Of a DNA stretch of 64,000 nucleotides, positions 12,802 through 27,387 are shown one piece after another. The notes under the pieces were generated by a model. The model was not told where the DNA came from and did no database searches. It saw only the letters and a program-made list of their open reading frames with translations. The stretch is from Spizellomyces punctatus DAOM BR117. Taxonomy: Eukaryota. Location: NCBI GenBank assembly GCA_000182565.2, contig KQ257458.1, one strand, 5' to 3'. The position numbers and the translations under genes are program-made. Each line of letters starts with the position of its first letter. Positions within the stretch are counted from its first letter, which is position 1.

Positions 12802-15800
12802 TCAAGCAAATCCAAACCCTAAGGAGAAAACGTGCACAGATGTCCGCTGTTAGCATATGCTATATTACAAATATCTTTCTCAACCAACATCGTACCTGTT
12901 CCACCTTCAGATATTGCTAACAGCAAATTCGACCTTAACTGCTCGTACGATTCATATTGAGGCAAATCCAGTTGATTGAAGCTACGAAGCACCGGTATGA
13001 GGTTAGAGGCTCGGCGATGCTGCTCGTCTAAAATCACAGTAGCCTACCATGTATGTGCGCTCGGCAGTCTGTCTGCCGAAGAAAAGTCCTTGTGGATTTG
13101 GAACTTTTGCACCCCATTGGCTCCTTGTAGTTGGGCAAAACCTTCTAGTGGAACCTTACTGGTACCAGTTGCGAACTGTACCAACTTTGCCCGTTCTTCT
13201 TGACTAAAGCTGCGAACCGCCCGCCAAAACCATTGCACTTGGGGGCTTGAGGACGTGTAATTCTGATATTCGGTGTTGTTTTTCCAGTCGTCGATATCAA
13301 TATCAGGCATACCGGAAATGAGCAATTCCAATTCTTGCTCGTTGAAAATCTTAACAAGGTCTTTTGGAATGATATCATGGAACCCACTTAGGAACGCATC
13401 GATCTGCGCCCGAATGGCAGTCATAAGACGCTGTTCCACAACCAATTTGACGTATTCGTGTTTGTTTTCTTCGGTTACTTGTATATCGCGCCCGTTCGGC
13501 TTCAGATCGATCGTCTGCTTCTTACCGAACTCATCAATTTCCGTACTGAAAGTGAGGTCGAGAACCTCTACATTATCATTCTGTAATATCCATTCCAAAC
13601 TCTTATGATATTCCGGATCCACCGCTTCCATGTCTTTGTAGTCCACTGGAACCTCAATCATCGACTTATAGAATGATCGCGTAAAGTATGCATCGAGGAG
13701 GCGTCCATCGTAAATGGCTTTCCCGATAATCCGTCCAACGAACTTGAAATACAGAAGGTGATCAGGGTTGATATACGACAAGCGATTGGGCTGATATGTA
13801 ACTTTATCAACCGCTGAAGGTCGGAACAGGGCATAGTCTGGATTAAACATTTGACGGGCTAAGACCGAGAACCACTCTCTTGTTACACCCCCGGCGTCAA
13901 CGCCTTCCTCGTCGTAAAATCGAACATTCAACTTGCTGAATTTGATTTCATCGCCAGAACGACCTTGCAGTTGGTGGTACGAATCTTCAAAGACGTACTG
14001 CCTTCGAACGTTGATCTGTAGCGATCCGTAATGATCCCGACTGGTTCGTTTGTGCAGTTGCTGATTGAAATACGTCCGCTTGTTGTCGAATTCCAAAATC
14101 TTTGGGTTCTGAACCAATAGCGAAAATGATCCACTCATGAGAGATGGGCTGTTGCGGACCATTGTGTTCAAAATCTTTCGGTGTTCATCCGTGAACGCGA
14201 CAAAAAGTTCTTCGTTATTTTTCGCATCATACTCAGCGCTATGTCTGGCCGCAACTCTTGGCAATGTTGGAATTGCGGGGATCTGTCCAGAAGTAGATGT
14301 GCGCCGACGCAGCACGTAAGGTTTTGAAACTACCAAAAACGATTCGATGGCAGGTAGCAAGACTGTGGCGACGTGTATCAAAGCATCCTTTTCGTTGATG
14401 ATGGTGAGGCACATTCCAAGCCGTTGCCACAATTTCGACATTTGAAGCTTGTCATATATAGTGGATAGCTTGGCTTCTGGTCCATCATCATTTCCTGTCC
14501 TGCTAGCAGCAGAAGATGTTTGGTGTTCTAGTGCTGAAAGTGCATCATCCCGCGCACTTGGGGATGCATCGGTTCGCTTGTCATTGGAAACACTTGCTTT
14601 GGAATGGATGAAATCTATCGTCTTCAATACCCTGAGCAACTTCGCCTGCTGTGCAGTCGACGGAGAAAACTTGCCCAACGTCACGCTTTGAACGTCCACT
14701 GGATCCTTCGCTGACTCCAGGACACCTATGAGTTCGTCCAGATCGGGGATCATGGAATTGCCGAGTCGCTGAGCGGAATCTGCCAATTCACGAGTAATTG
14801 TTTCGCGATTGTTTGCTAGTGTCGAGAGATGTTGAATGACAGACAGCGTGTATTGAAATGTTTTTCCTGAACAAACACCGGCCGTGAGAACATTCACAAC
14901 AGCCGACACGTATTGATCCGGTATAACAGGAGCCTTGTCTGCATTGCCAGTATTGGCCGCTTTTTTCGGTGTTTGAGGGATTTGAGCGGTTTGAGGTTGC
15001 TCAGCGCGCATTTCCCCAGACGCTCCTACATTCGACGATACATGTTCAGTGATATTGTCCGTTGTCGAATCCATTCGGCCCTCAGACGACGGTTCTATCG
15101 TTCCCTTCTGGTTCCCATCTTTGGACCTAGTCCCTACCATCGATAACCGCCGCAGCACACTCGACAGAATGTGCATCAATTGCTCCATGAGAACGGAACA
15201 ATCCAGAAATGCCGGTCGTTGTAGTAAACTCAGGAGAATCACCACTGGGTATTTCATATCGCCTGCTTTGTCTTTGCCTTTCGGCCTTTTTGGGGTTTTG
15301 AACAAGTTGACTCCGATCTGATCGTTCTCAACCAGAAACAGACGCGCTACTTGTTCGTTGTAGGTGACCAGTTGAAATATTGTCTCTAGACACCTTTGAG
15401 CTACAAGGTTAGGTACGTTGTTGGGCTGCTGGTGCAACCCGACGGCTGTCCCTTTCCGAGGTGTTACACTGTGTTTGCTCTTCCCTTTTAACGAAAGCTG
15501 GGCGAAGCTCTTATCCACATTTGCTAAATCCGCACTCCCGTCTGCCAAAATAGAAAGCAGTAGAGAGACAAGTTCCCCGCGCGTCTTCGTGTTTTCACAG
15601 AGGTTTACGAGTGCTCTGTGGAGCAGGGGTTTCCCGACAGGCTCTGGAAGGAACAATAAGCGAATCAACGTCATCAAAGCTGGTTTATCCAGTAGATGTA
15701 CTGCTTCGCGAGATACAGAGCGTTTCGTAGCAGAGCTTGCTGGTGGTTGAGATTCCGATAGCAGATTTGACCCAGGAGCACGGCCATAAAGCGAGGTGGC

Positions 15801-18800
15801 GTAGCGTCCACGAGTCCGTTGAGACCTGAACGCATTTGCTTCCGCCACAAGGGCTGGAGGAAGGGTTGCTAAAAATCCATCATCCTGCTCTAATAGTACC
15901 GTTTGTCTCAATTGAGGATCTAAAGTAGCCAAGAAGCTAGCTGGATCCAGCTCCACAGGTCCGGTTTCTGCAACGCCAGCAACTGCAGGCCGGGTAGCTC
16001 TCGTCCTGCGTTCCTGTTCGCGGCGTTCCTGTTGAAGCACCTCCTCACGGATGTCTGCCGGCAAAGCATCAAGAAATTCCGTGCTTATCGCCGGAGGTGG
16101 AACGGTCGCCTGCTGGCCTCGCTGTTGTTCACGCAAGTGCTGATTGATTACCTCTTGACGCAAATCATCAGGTAAAGCTTCCAGAAAAGTGACATCAATA
16201 CCGGAACCTGAAGGGCGATTTGTAAGCCTGCGCAGCATCCAAACCACGGACTTCAAATATACCTGTAATATCAACCGGACTACCATTGACCGTTACTATT
16301 ATTCTGTCCGTTGAAGCGGTATCCCCTTCTGGTATTGATTCCGATTCCATAGGTTGTGCAGACGATGTGTTTGTACTGTCCTCTTCTGCCGGGATAATGG
16401 GCGCTCCAGAGATTTCTCCTGCCTCTTGTTCATGTAACGTATTTCTGCCCTCCTCCAGACTTCTCTGCTGTTCTTTCCCCCGCCGTTCTTCTTCCTCGCG
16501 TTTTCTTTCCTCTTCTTCTTCTCTCAGTTTCCTTTCGGTGTCCTCTCGCTCTTTCCGTAGTTTGGCTTCCTCTATCGCTGCAGGTATCATCGCGTTTAAG
16601 ACGGCATTTACCACCCGTGCGGCCTTTTCTTGCACTGAATTGCCATACATCAAGCGAGCTTCTTGGAACCATCTTTCCGCTGTACCCAGCGGTGCGAATG
16701 CATGGATCACTGCAAGTTGTTCGTCCAACTCGGTACGATGTGATACATTCTGACTTGTTGATCCAGTTTCGGCCGTACCACCCGTCCCAGAGGTCGATTC
16801 CCTTCGACTAGAGGCGGGAACACCAGCAAGACCTCCAGGCGCAACGCCTACTCCGGAATCTGGCATGCCCAATTCAACGCGATAATGGGCGGCACCACGG
16901 CCACCAGACCTGGAAAACAAGTGTTCTAAAATCTGCAAAGCATTACCCCCAATTAGGTCATCAAATGCCTGCCAATCTAGAATATCGCCCGTGCGGACTC
17001 CAGGCTGGCCCCGTGCACGATGGTGCAAATCTCCTCCTCGAGAGTCTCCTCGATTGGAAGGAGGGCCTTGATTGACCAGTAATGGATGTGACAGAATATC
17101 TTCGTTCATAGTCTGCGGTCGCATTCCCAGTGGTCTTCCTAGTACCGGGAAGTCACCGACATTACTGTATCCAGGTCCACCGTCATCAGCCACCCATGTG
17201 ATATCGAGTCCACCGGCAGGATTCATATCTACTTCCATGACTTGTCGCCGGGCAATTCTTCTCGTTCTTGCCCCTCGAGGTCCACCGAAGAACCCAAATC
17301 GCGGGAAGGGTAGACGCCCCGGTGCTCCGACGGGTAAGAATGCCTCGTCGTCTTCGCCGTCAATCAAGTCTTCTTCATACATATCAACTATGTCTCCACG
17401 CCCATCTTCTTCAGAATCGTCCTCATCATCTTCAATGGCATCTTCAATGTCCCCATCGGATTCTGGTTGTTCACCTTCACCAACATCGGAGCCATCAGGG
17501 CCCTCATCCATCACCACAACCTCCATATCCTCCGTATTGTTACCGATTTCCACTGCTGCACTTGGATCCTCATTGATGTCATGATAGTCGGTGTGCCCAT
17601 CCTCCCAGGACATATCCGCATCAGAGTTCCCATCACCGTCATCATCATCGTCATGTTCCGGCGTTTCATCACCAATCAAATCTTCGTCGTCGTCCTCTTC
17701 ATCATCATCATCGCTTGACGGGTCCGGATTGCCTTGATACGGCTGCGGGACTACAATTTCCATATCATCGTCGACATCCGAATCCTGCCCGACATAATCG
17801 CAGAGGTTGTGAGCAGTCCATACATGCGAAATCAAAGCATTGATACACACCTCCTCATCCTCATCCTCTTCTGCATCACTCATTTCTTCATCGGAAAACT
17901 CGTCATAGGCGTCATCGTCTTCAGACTCCTCGGTAGTGCTTTCCCCTGCCTCCTCATCACTGCTAGGGGCATGATACATTCCCAGTGCTGAATTACGGTA
18001 TAAATCCGATAGCTCCGTATTTCCTTCATCTATCGCACTAATGCCGTTATGAGCAGGAGTAACGGTCGAATCAATCTTAGTTCCTGTGGCCCGTACTTCG
18101 TTTGCCTTCCCCAATCGAATCGCAACCTTTGTCAGAAACTCCAGTGGTTTAAGGATTGCGCTGATGAGTGTTGTGCTTTCCGGATGGTGTACATCGACCT
18201 CGGCTAAAGCTTGGGTCAGTAAGTTCACAAATCCCTTTTCTAGCATCATCCGTGAGTAGTTGGTTGGGATATCGTCGATTCCAGTGGAGGCAGCGCTGGG
18301 AACTGAGCTTGTTGGACCTCTCGCGGTTAATATCTTGAAGCACAGGTCCGCAATAGCTAAAAACCTGGCATAGCGTATCTCTGTTCCGTCCTCTACATGC
18401 GTGACCGCATCGCGCAAGCTCCGCCATATAACATCCAATACACATCGTCGTACATTCGCAAGGTCAGGGTAAAGCTTCTTCTCCGTTGAAAAGTCGGCAG
18501 TTACACCAAGACATAGACCTGATATGAGACTAGTTGTCCAATTACTCTCGACTAACTTCCTCTGCAGCTCTGAATCTGCGGTCTGTGCGCTCAGGGGTGG
18601 AGCCTGGAGGGAACCATGAGGAAGTAAATCATATACTAAATGATTCAAAAAAGGATTGCGACCAATTGTGCCTTTAAGGGGTGTCCCTTTCGCACGCTTC
18701 TGCGAGACAGTTATCACATCCACTTTGCAAGTCGGGTACGCGACCACTAGCTCCGCCAGACACTGTAGCAAGAAACATCTCCGCATGTGCGTGAGCTGTT

Positions 18801-21800
18801 GTTGTTGCATCGAGAGAACGTTCTGAGCTCCGTTCTTTGAATCCTCCTGGTTCTGCTCCGCGACAGATCGTACTTTGTCTTGCTCATGAGCAACCGTACT
18901 GTCGCTTGACATCAGAATCGGGGCATTTTTGATCGCCAGCAGTTCCGTAACAAGGAACTGAACTACACCTTCTGACACGTCGGACAAATAAGAACTATCC
19001 ACGGGTTCAGCATTATTCGATGGCCCAGAAGTAGAGCCACTGGTGAGTTCCGCGTTAAACGGGCTATCGATGTCCATTGCTTGCTCTGGTGCTAGTTTGC
19101 TACCGTCCGAATGGGCCTCGTCTTTATGACCCTCTTTTGCAACACCTTCCTTTGACTTCAGCGTGATTTGTTGGTGTCGTGCCGAGGCATCATATCTGGT
19201 CAACTGGCAATTTGCAGTCACTGCATCAATAAATGTTTCCGGACTCCGGCTGACTATATGGCTACAGTTCTTCACAAAGGTGCCAACGTCCACCACCCTC
19301 TGACGGGGATAGCTGAGCCAATGAGTGATTTCCCTCTCCATCGTAGACTTAAGCACTATGGCATCTTCAATGATGTGCCGAAGAATCATGACTGTCATAG
19401 CAGGCTGCGCATGGTAGAGACCAATTCTAGCAGGATTGAACAATAGTGGCACGCCACCTAAGCGGGCAAATTCAATCGCCACAGCATGCGAGCGAGTGAG
19501 GCGAACACTGAGGCGTAAAATAGCATGAAGCATCTCCTTGTCTACGGTCTCCAACTTCAGTAGGGACACCAACGTCTCCATAAGCCGAATCCGCTCTTGC
19601 TGAGTCAAAGGATTTAGCGTTCCACTAGCTTCCGCATCTAGCGCATCACCGTCGTTCTGCAACTTCGTCTGCACCGGCTCATCCGTGAGTGATACATAGG
19701 CCTCCAGAATCAGTAACACGGAGGGCAGCCACGGTGAATGAGTACCGTCAGACTCGGTCATTGTCAAGAGGTTGCCGATCAATTCCTTTGATGCTTCAAT
19801 GGCAGTCCGCTGCCAGCTCATATCACTCACAATGAGGGCAAACAGACGGAGACGAACGGCGAGGCCCTTTGCGGCAGTTTCCAGGTTGGCAGTGACCTTT
19901 ACGCGGTACACTTCGATGTCAGACACTAGACTGCGCACTAGCGCTGGCATGTCATCCTTCCCTACGAAGCACAACAGGTCTTTTACGTAGAAAATCACCT
20001 CTTCCACATAATCCAGTAGTTCGACACCCCGGCGCGGAATCTCAGCTTTCAGTTCATTTCGGATGACTTCCAAAGACGGCTGACTGTTCAGAGCTTTGCC
20101 TTTTTGTTTTGAGCCTTTCTCCTCAGTGGGGAAATCAGCGGGGGGATCCACATCCATATCGGCAGATTCGTTATCATTTCGCTGGTCGACCACTGCTGCC
20201 GGGAGGTTCGCGGAATTACTGGTGGTGCCCATGGACAAAGCCAATGCTGCGGCTAGCTCAGGGTCTTCCTCAGACACGACGGCTGTATTATTGTTTGCAT
20301 GATTTTCCGTTACCGATGGGTTTCCTTGAGGGATGCTGATGCCACCTTCAGCATCGGTGGGTGTATCCGCCGAATGATTCGGCTGCCTTGCGGCGTCGGT
20401 AGAGGTCTCCTGCGACGCGCCAGAGGCCCCTTCTCCAGACGCATCGGCTGCTGCAGAGTAAGAGGCGGCCGCCACAACGTTTGGGTGATTGAGGAGATAC
20501 TCCGCCGCTCTGGCCACGTGATTTCCACAACGGACCAATGCAGTTTCAGCTGCGGCTCTAGGAAATCCCATATCCACCAATTGTTGTACTTTGTCCTCAT
20601 CCGCGACGACTGTTGGCGAGCGATTGAAGATGGACGCCGCAATATTTCCCAGGGTAGGAGCGTTAATGTCTCCTTTATTGGTCATCTCTCCTTCCGCCTT
20701 CACCAGATGCGTTATAACCCCAAGGACCGATTTTACTACATTCCCTGGAGCGCGCGTCAGATATGGACTCCGCCACAATCTCAGCATAATTGGCGCGATG
20801 TAGCTTCGCATTTCGACAACAAACTCGTGTGGATCGAAATAGTCGGTGGACGTCTTGTCTTTCTCACGACCGACCAAACTAGCAGTGAGCGGTGAATCGT
20901 GCAATAACTTACTGTTACATAAGGTCTGCAGAACGTTTATGGATAATTCCAAAGCGCCATGAATCCTTCCGAGTAGCTGTTTGGCTTCAGCATTTTGCTC
21001 CAGGTCGTCGCGGAGACTCACGCGTTCTGCATCGTCCCAAAGAGCCTGCAAAACCTCTAAGACGCGTGCGCTGCCGTTACGCTTGTGAAAGGACAGAACA
21101 AGATGCGTCTGCAAAGCGAGGCCACTTCTCTCTGCGTAGCCGAAGAGTCAGCGTAACGACGAAATACTTCGACAATGGAAAGGAAAGACTGACCTTCAAC
21201 AAACATGACCGACAACAGAGCAAGTACCACAGCAAGATAGCTGTACTTGTTGACGGTACTATTCTGAGCTGTGTTGCATGCCTATTAGTATACATTGTAG
21301 ATTACCTCTTGTTTGAACCCCCCCATACATACCAGGTCTCTCCCACGTCAAGTTGTCCCGGAGGAGTACCGCAATATCATCAACTATCTTCTGGCTAGCC
21401 TTCCGATTATTTGGTTCCGAAATTCGGCGCGCTGTAAGCAGTTTCAGGATACCTATAGCAACGGATGAATGGACCTTTCAATGGTGACCAAACTTCTAAG
21501 TTTCTACCTTGCAAGGTTGGGGTCAAAACAGTCGGTATTTGACTGAGAAGATGACGGAAATAGCGCGTATTCTTGACCCTTGGATCTTTCTCATTCACGC
21601 TTTCCTCTGAGTTCGCGGCGGTGGATCCAGGACTATTCTCGAGTACAGAATCCAAAACGTCCACATCCAATAGCGATGATTCTCGAATCGCACCAGCGCT
21701 TCGACTATCCGGAGACTTCTTATCTGCGGATTGGTACCATTGTATTGGTACCGTGCTCTTCAGCACAATATTCTCCCATACACAAGTGCTACAAACATGA

Positions 21801-24800
21801 GTGCTTAGCAGCGTTGTAAAATATCGGTAACGGCCTGTACTTACCGGTAGATCGCCCCAAATTGTGCAATCAGCGTTTCCCCAACGTCTCCTGTAAAGGT
21901 TTGGATAACCGCTCCCACGCTTTTACTGTGTGAGAGCGTGTGGGTACAATACACGTCCGAGAGCAATCGTATAAATCCCTGTAAAGCGACCAAGGATCTG
22001 AACGTTCGCTGTCCTTCGAGGAAGCGGTTGGTATCCTCCTCTGTGAAGGGTGAATATCTGTTACTATGCCATCATGGAAATATTGGCAGGGTGACTCGTC
22101 GCTACCTTGAATCTCAATAAATTGGGGAATATAACCACCATCACCTTCATGATTTAGAAACTGCTGCGCTCCCGTAATGGCCCCATCAATTTCCTTCAAC
22201 ATTTGAGCCACAACTTGAGAAGCATTGACTTCAATCATCAGGCGAAAGAGATATGACAAGGAATAGGACGACGCAGACGACGCGAAATCGTATGGAAGAG
22301 TCGGCAAAGTATAGTACTTCAGTAAAATCTGCACGCCCTCCATTTTAATGAAGTCTTTACAGTGCGCAACATTTTGGAAAAGACCCTCGAGGAACTGCAG
22401 ACAAAGATTTTACTTCCACTCATAGAAGGACACAATCACCAAAAATAGCTTACCCGAGCAACCACATCGATGAACTGCGAAATTCGGGAATCTCGTTTAT
22501 CCTCGCTAAGTTCCGCAGAAGATTGCATTCCAGAATCACTGACTACTTTCATTGTTTGAAGTTGAGATGCATCTGTATCTTCGGGAGCGCTCAATTGACC
22601 AATATCAACAACTCTCTGCAGCATCTTAATGATGGCCGACAAGACATCATCCTTAAGAGAAGGGTGATGGCGGATCAATTCGTCCATAGAATTCCCCACA
22701 AGGTGAGGTACGTCATTATCTTGCAAAGTTCGCAGATGCTCTTCGGACGTTAGAACTTCAAGGTATTTATCAATTGGTTTAGCTTCGTTGAATTCATCCA
22801 GTCCGGCTTGATTTAGGCAGATTGCTCCGAAAGCATTAGGTAAGGCGGATATGACCTTTGTGGATGAATATTTAACTTTAATCACCGGATGGAGCGCCGT
22901 AGGGCGTGAGCGTACATACCTCTGCTGATATTGGGATACTCTGTGATATTGCGTGCAGGAGTGTCTGCGGAAGTGTAGCTTCCTGCAAGATCGTTAAGCA
23001 AGTTGGTTCGTTGTGTATGAACGTCGACATGATATTGACGGCTACAAAGACGTTAGTCAAGAATTATGTAGGTGCTCGTTTGCCTTATGCACCGACCTAA
23101 TCCGAAGATGCTTGCACCAAAGTACTGCGAGTGTTTGAAAATTGCAAGCAGTGATACAGGTAACGTGGTGTCGATGAGATTTCGCATTCTATCTGCTGTC
23201 CCCGAGGTTTGCATCATGTGCAGGACAAACTTCAAGAGAGCACGGAGTAAAGCTGTCCTTTCGTGCGGTAAATCTGTACAACGACCTGATCAGAGGCGTC
23301 GCTAAGAGCACATATCGGGAGCGGATGATTTGGCGGTTGACTACCTAGCGTTATGGAAGCATCAGCTGAGCCAATGCTTTCCATCTGTTCGCCGCGAAGC
23401 GCAGGATTCAAACTAATGCAGAAGTCGACCTCGTCCTGTGACATGGTGTGTTAGCTCTAATGATTGGTAAGGCTGCGGGAGTCTGTTCTACCTTAATCCG
23501 GGCAACCAAGACGTCAAGTCCGCTCGCCGCCGTGAACGCGGCAAACGAGGCGCTGAACCCAAAAACAAGGCTGTCTAGCAAAACAATACATCTTGTAATG
23601 GACTGATGATACAAATGTAACTTCTTTGGTCGGATCATAAGGCGGCTAGGCCAAAAGCTCTGGTCGACTTTACCTTAAGCTGCGTTGACCGCATGTTGCC
23701 CATCAGCTGAATCAATACAGGGAGCACACCGGCAGATATTATCATGTTTCCGCCAGATTGCGTTGACGCTATGTACGTAACGAAGCCGAACAATGCTTCA
23801 ACGAATTCTTGTGGATAGTTGGGCACTTGAGGATTTTGAGGATAAGACAACAAAGCCACTACTTCAAGAGGCGATCAATGGTACCTACAATCAAGATCGA
23901 GCGAAGATACAACTTTCCGTAGGATATACATAAGTACCCCATGGTTGGCCGAAGCATTGATAGCTGTCAGCACTTCGCCGAGCCTAGCGCGGTGATGAGC
24001 CATGCTATCCAGAGCATAAATTGAGCACGTCTGTATCTCTCGATAATCGATATTCTGCAGAGTTCAAAGCACAAGATTACTATTAGCGGCGAATACAAAC
24101 AGATGTCCGGCTCATGGATACTTACGATGGCATCGGGACCATCTGTTTGGAGAATATCGGCGAGCTTTTGGATAAGGTCCGGCTCGTACGTAAACAACTT
24201 GCTCTGAATCACATCTTCTGTTCCTAGTATCACTACGCAGGTCCAAGCGTAAGTAAGTGTACATACGGATGTTTTTCTATACAGACACTCTGGTACCTAG
24301 TACTGAAATTGCCATGAATCGGATAGCGAGCAACTTCCGCCTTGTAGATACGTCGCTAAGTCCCAATGCGAGGCGAATCTTATGCATCAGGGGAAACCTC
24401 TGTTCCTGTGGCACATTGTACTGCTCGGCGAGTTCCAGGAATATATCTCTCTCACTCTCACCACTACTTGCTATGTCAGGTATGGAGATGACGGTTAAAC
24501 CACTGGGTTTGCCCTCCGAGGCTTGACCAATGCCCCCCCCTGAACTTTTAAATGTATTGGAAGGAGTGGAAGCATTTTCTTGTGTCGTATTTTCGGTGGG
24601 CGGTGGATTTGAACGGCTGGTGGTGCGGTAAAATTGAAAGTAAAGCGACTTGCATTCCGCTGGTATGCTGAGCTCATGTGCCATCAGCTGATCCAGGTCT
24701 AATCCAGATTGGTTCGTTCCCCAATGTTGCGAGAGAACAGTTATGCGCTCCTGTGCAGTTCCCAGTGTATTTTTAAGGGAGCGCTGGCTCCCCAGCCGCT

Positions 24801-25338
24801 GCGCCGGTCGCAGAATCAGACGGACTGTTGCGGCGAGAACGTCCAGATCGCGTGAAAGAAGCAGCTCATTTAAATGCTACAGATAGTAAGATAAGTTCGG
24901 CATACGTGTTGCATAGTATTAGGCACACGTACCTCATATGAGTTATAGAGGCTGCGATTAGTGCAGTTCTCCCACAGATGCGTACTAAAGCGCAAAATTG
25001 CCAGCAGAACTTCTTTATGCTCCAGACTGAATGGCCGGTTTTGCAGGTTTTTGAGATCATATTCCTCCACCAAAGACTCCAGAATTGCATCAAAACGGTT
25101 CAATACTGGGATCCAATGAAAGAAGTCCGTCTTGGGAAATGGCCAGTGTCCAACTTCTTCTACAATAGTCGGAATCTCAGCTTCCGGACATTCCACCAAC
25201 CTCACCGCAAGTGCTTTTACATTGGGTGCCTGCAACCAAATAATTATGGTTACTTTATAGAATCACCGAAAGGCCATGCGAGACAGGCATTACCACTGGT
25301 GAGAGCCGCTTAGGTGGCGCCTTCTTGATCTTGGTCAT
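12802..25338 (-). CDS. TOM1: Giant HECT E3 ubiquitin ligase TOM1/HUWE1
   Basis: N-terminal DFFHWIPVLNRFD block; UBA domain (QQLVDMGFPRAAAETAL); acidic region; UBM repeats (FLEALPDDLRQEVI); HECT domain (EEGVDAGGVTREWF, LPSAHT-CFNQLDLP) ending GFGFA*. Start MTKIKKAPPKR. Confidence 0.96.
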
Positions 25339-25487
25339 TAGGCAGTGCTTGAACTACTTGACGTGGCCGTCAGTGCCACACTTTGCCGGTAGTTGTAGCT
25401 CTGGAATCAAGCTGCTATACAGGAAGTAGGTAGTGTGGTCAATGACGTACAATCTCTAGGATCACAGGCAACAACACAGAAAATAGG

Positions 25488-26096
25488 TTGAGTAAAACAG
25501 TTAGCCAGATTTTCAAAATAAAGTTGGTCAAATTGTTCAAGTTCCTTACACCCTTGGAAATGGAGATGGTAGTGGTGGATTATACGATCTTTCTTCGCCT
25601 GGACGTCGACAGTCACAGACTTCTTGGAATGACAGCACGCTCTTTACATGACTCATCCACAGAGTCACTGTGCAACAGGTCTCTAGATAGGTTCAAGCCG
25701 GCATTTGATCCGAATTACAGTTGAACTGGGGAAGCTTTGGACGACGGTCCATCATTGAAGGACTTCCCGCATCAACATGACTATTTTCGTGGTGCTTTAA
25801 CATATTCAGGCTTTGTCAGAGCTTTTGCAACCAATGGGCTGCCTATTCCAATTTGACCCAAACCATCACCCCATTTGTTACAATTAGCATACATGAAAGG
25901 CTCTCCCGTGCATTGGAGTTGTGTCCAAAACACAGAGACAAGTCTGTCTCTCGTTGCCGCAGAGATCTCCAGATATACTTGACATAAGGCATTGTGACAC
26001 ATGTTTTGTGGCTTTGTCGATCACATATTTCCATACCGCATTGAACAAGTTTTTGCGCGGATAAACTTGTGATCTCTATCATCTCCAGTAATCCGA
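25488..26096 (+). pseudogene. Decayed intronless ORF of unknown function (five in-frame TGA stops), running into the gap
   Basis: One frame reads ~200 codons with stops only at TGA 25722, 25854, 25980, 25995 and 26070; no TAA or TAG. N-terminus loosely F-box-like (PLEMEMVVVDYTIFLRLDVDSHRLLGMTARSL). Confidence 0.5.
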
Positions 26097-26683
26097 NNNN
26101 NNNNNNNNNNNNNNNNNNNNNNNNNNNNNNNNNNNNNNNNNNNNNNNNNNNNNNNNNNNNNNNNNNNNNNNNNNNNNNNNNNNNNNNNNNNNNNNNNNNN
26201 NNNNNNNNNNNNNNNNNNNNNNNNNNNNNNNNNNNNNNNNNNNNNNNNNNNNNNNNNNNNNNNNNNNNNNNNNNNNNNNNNNNNNNNNNNNNNNNNNNNN
26301 NNNNNNNNNNNNNNNNNNNNNNNNNNNNNNNNNNNNNNNNNNNNNNNNNNNNNNNNNNNNNNNNNNNNNNNNNNNNNNNNNNNNNNNNNNNNNNNNNNNN
26401 NNNNNNNNNNNNNNNNNNNNNNNNNNNNNNNNNNNNNNNNNNNNNNNNNNNNNNNNNNNNNNNNNNNNNNNNNNNNNNNNNNNNNNNNNNNNNNNNNNNN
26501 NNNNNNNNNNNNNNNNNNNNNNNNNNNNNNNNNNNNNNNNNNNNNNNNNNNNNNNNNNNNNNNNNNNNNNNNNNNNNNNNNNNNNNNNNNNNNNNNNNNN
26601 NNNNNNNNNNNNNNNNNNNNNNNNNNNNNNNNNNNNNNNNNNNNNNNNNNNNNNNNNNNNNNNNNNNNNNNNNNNNNNNNNNN
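26097..26683. other. Assembly gap (N run)
   Basis: Run of N. Confidence 1.
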
Positions 26684-26685
26684 CA

Positions 26686-27012
26686 ACCCTTGATGGCTAT
26701 GTTGCTCCTGTTGTCTCGGGGAATGAACCGGGCTACGAGTTACACTTCTGCCAGGAGCTGGAGGAAAGAAATCCCTGCTCCGACCATCCTCCTTTTCCTG
26801 CAGCAAGACGAGAAAAAAACCCCACTTATGGCTCATGTTATACGGCTCGTCAACTACTAATTTGGGATGATTGTGCCACGGATACTGCGAGAGTTTCAAC
26901 GGTTGTTCCATCATCCATGTTTGTCGACCCTCGGTTTGGAACACGAGCATACCGGTTGATTTTCAGAGGAGAGGAACTAGAAGAAATGACGCGGGAAGCG
27001 AGAACGAGTTGA
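26686..27012 (+). CDS. C-terminal fragment of an unknown protein emerging from the gap, possibly the end of the 25488 ORF
   Basis: 108 uninterrupted codons TLDGYVAPVVSGNEPGYELHFCQELEE...RAYRLIFRGEELEEMTREARTS*; not listed in the ORF track because no start is visible. Confidence 0.4.
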   Translation, partial: TLDGYVAPVVSGNEPGYELHFCQELEERNPCSDHPPFPAARREKNPTYGSCYTARQLLIWDDCATDTARVSTVVPSSMFVDPRFGTRAYRLIFRGEELEEMTREARTS

Positions 27013-27387
27013 ATTTACACGTATGCAACTCTGGCAATGCTTGTCAATACATGATTTGCTCAACTGAGTGGCGAGCTTTTGTAGTAGCGAATTTCATGCC
27101 AAACATCGTCCATGCCCGCCAAAGCGCGCCCAGCACATGCGAAACACTCGTCGACCGACGAACGTCCGTAGTGCATGTCTCCTGAAAATCACACTCGTGT
27201 TGCACACATCATAAAAAATTCTTGTTCGCGTCCGAAACCTTGGACGCTCCTACCTAAAAGCCCACCTTCGTTTTCTGAGTGACTTGGGCACTTCGACTGC
27301 CAGCAGCCCATTGGCCCTCCCACATGTCGAAATGTAAGGCACCCAAGCGCGCATCTGCGCTCTCGCGTCCTCCTTTCAAAGACTCAT

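Noticed and set aside
17785-17850. Odd Cys/His peptide inside the TOM1 acidic region
   Set aside because: 66-nt in-frame intron (GTGTGT...GGGCAG on the minus strand).
26021-26950. Long X-containing ORFs spanning the gaps (also 29308-30066)
   Set aside because: Artefacts of translating N runs.
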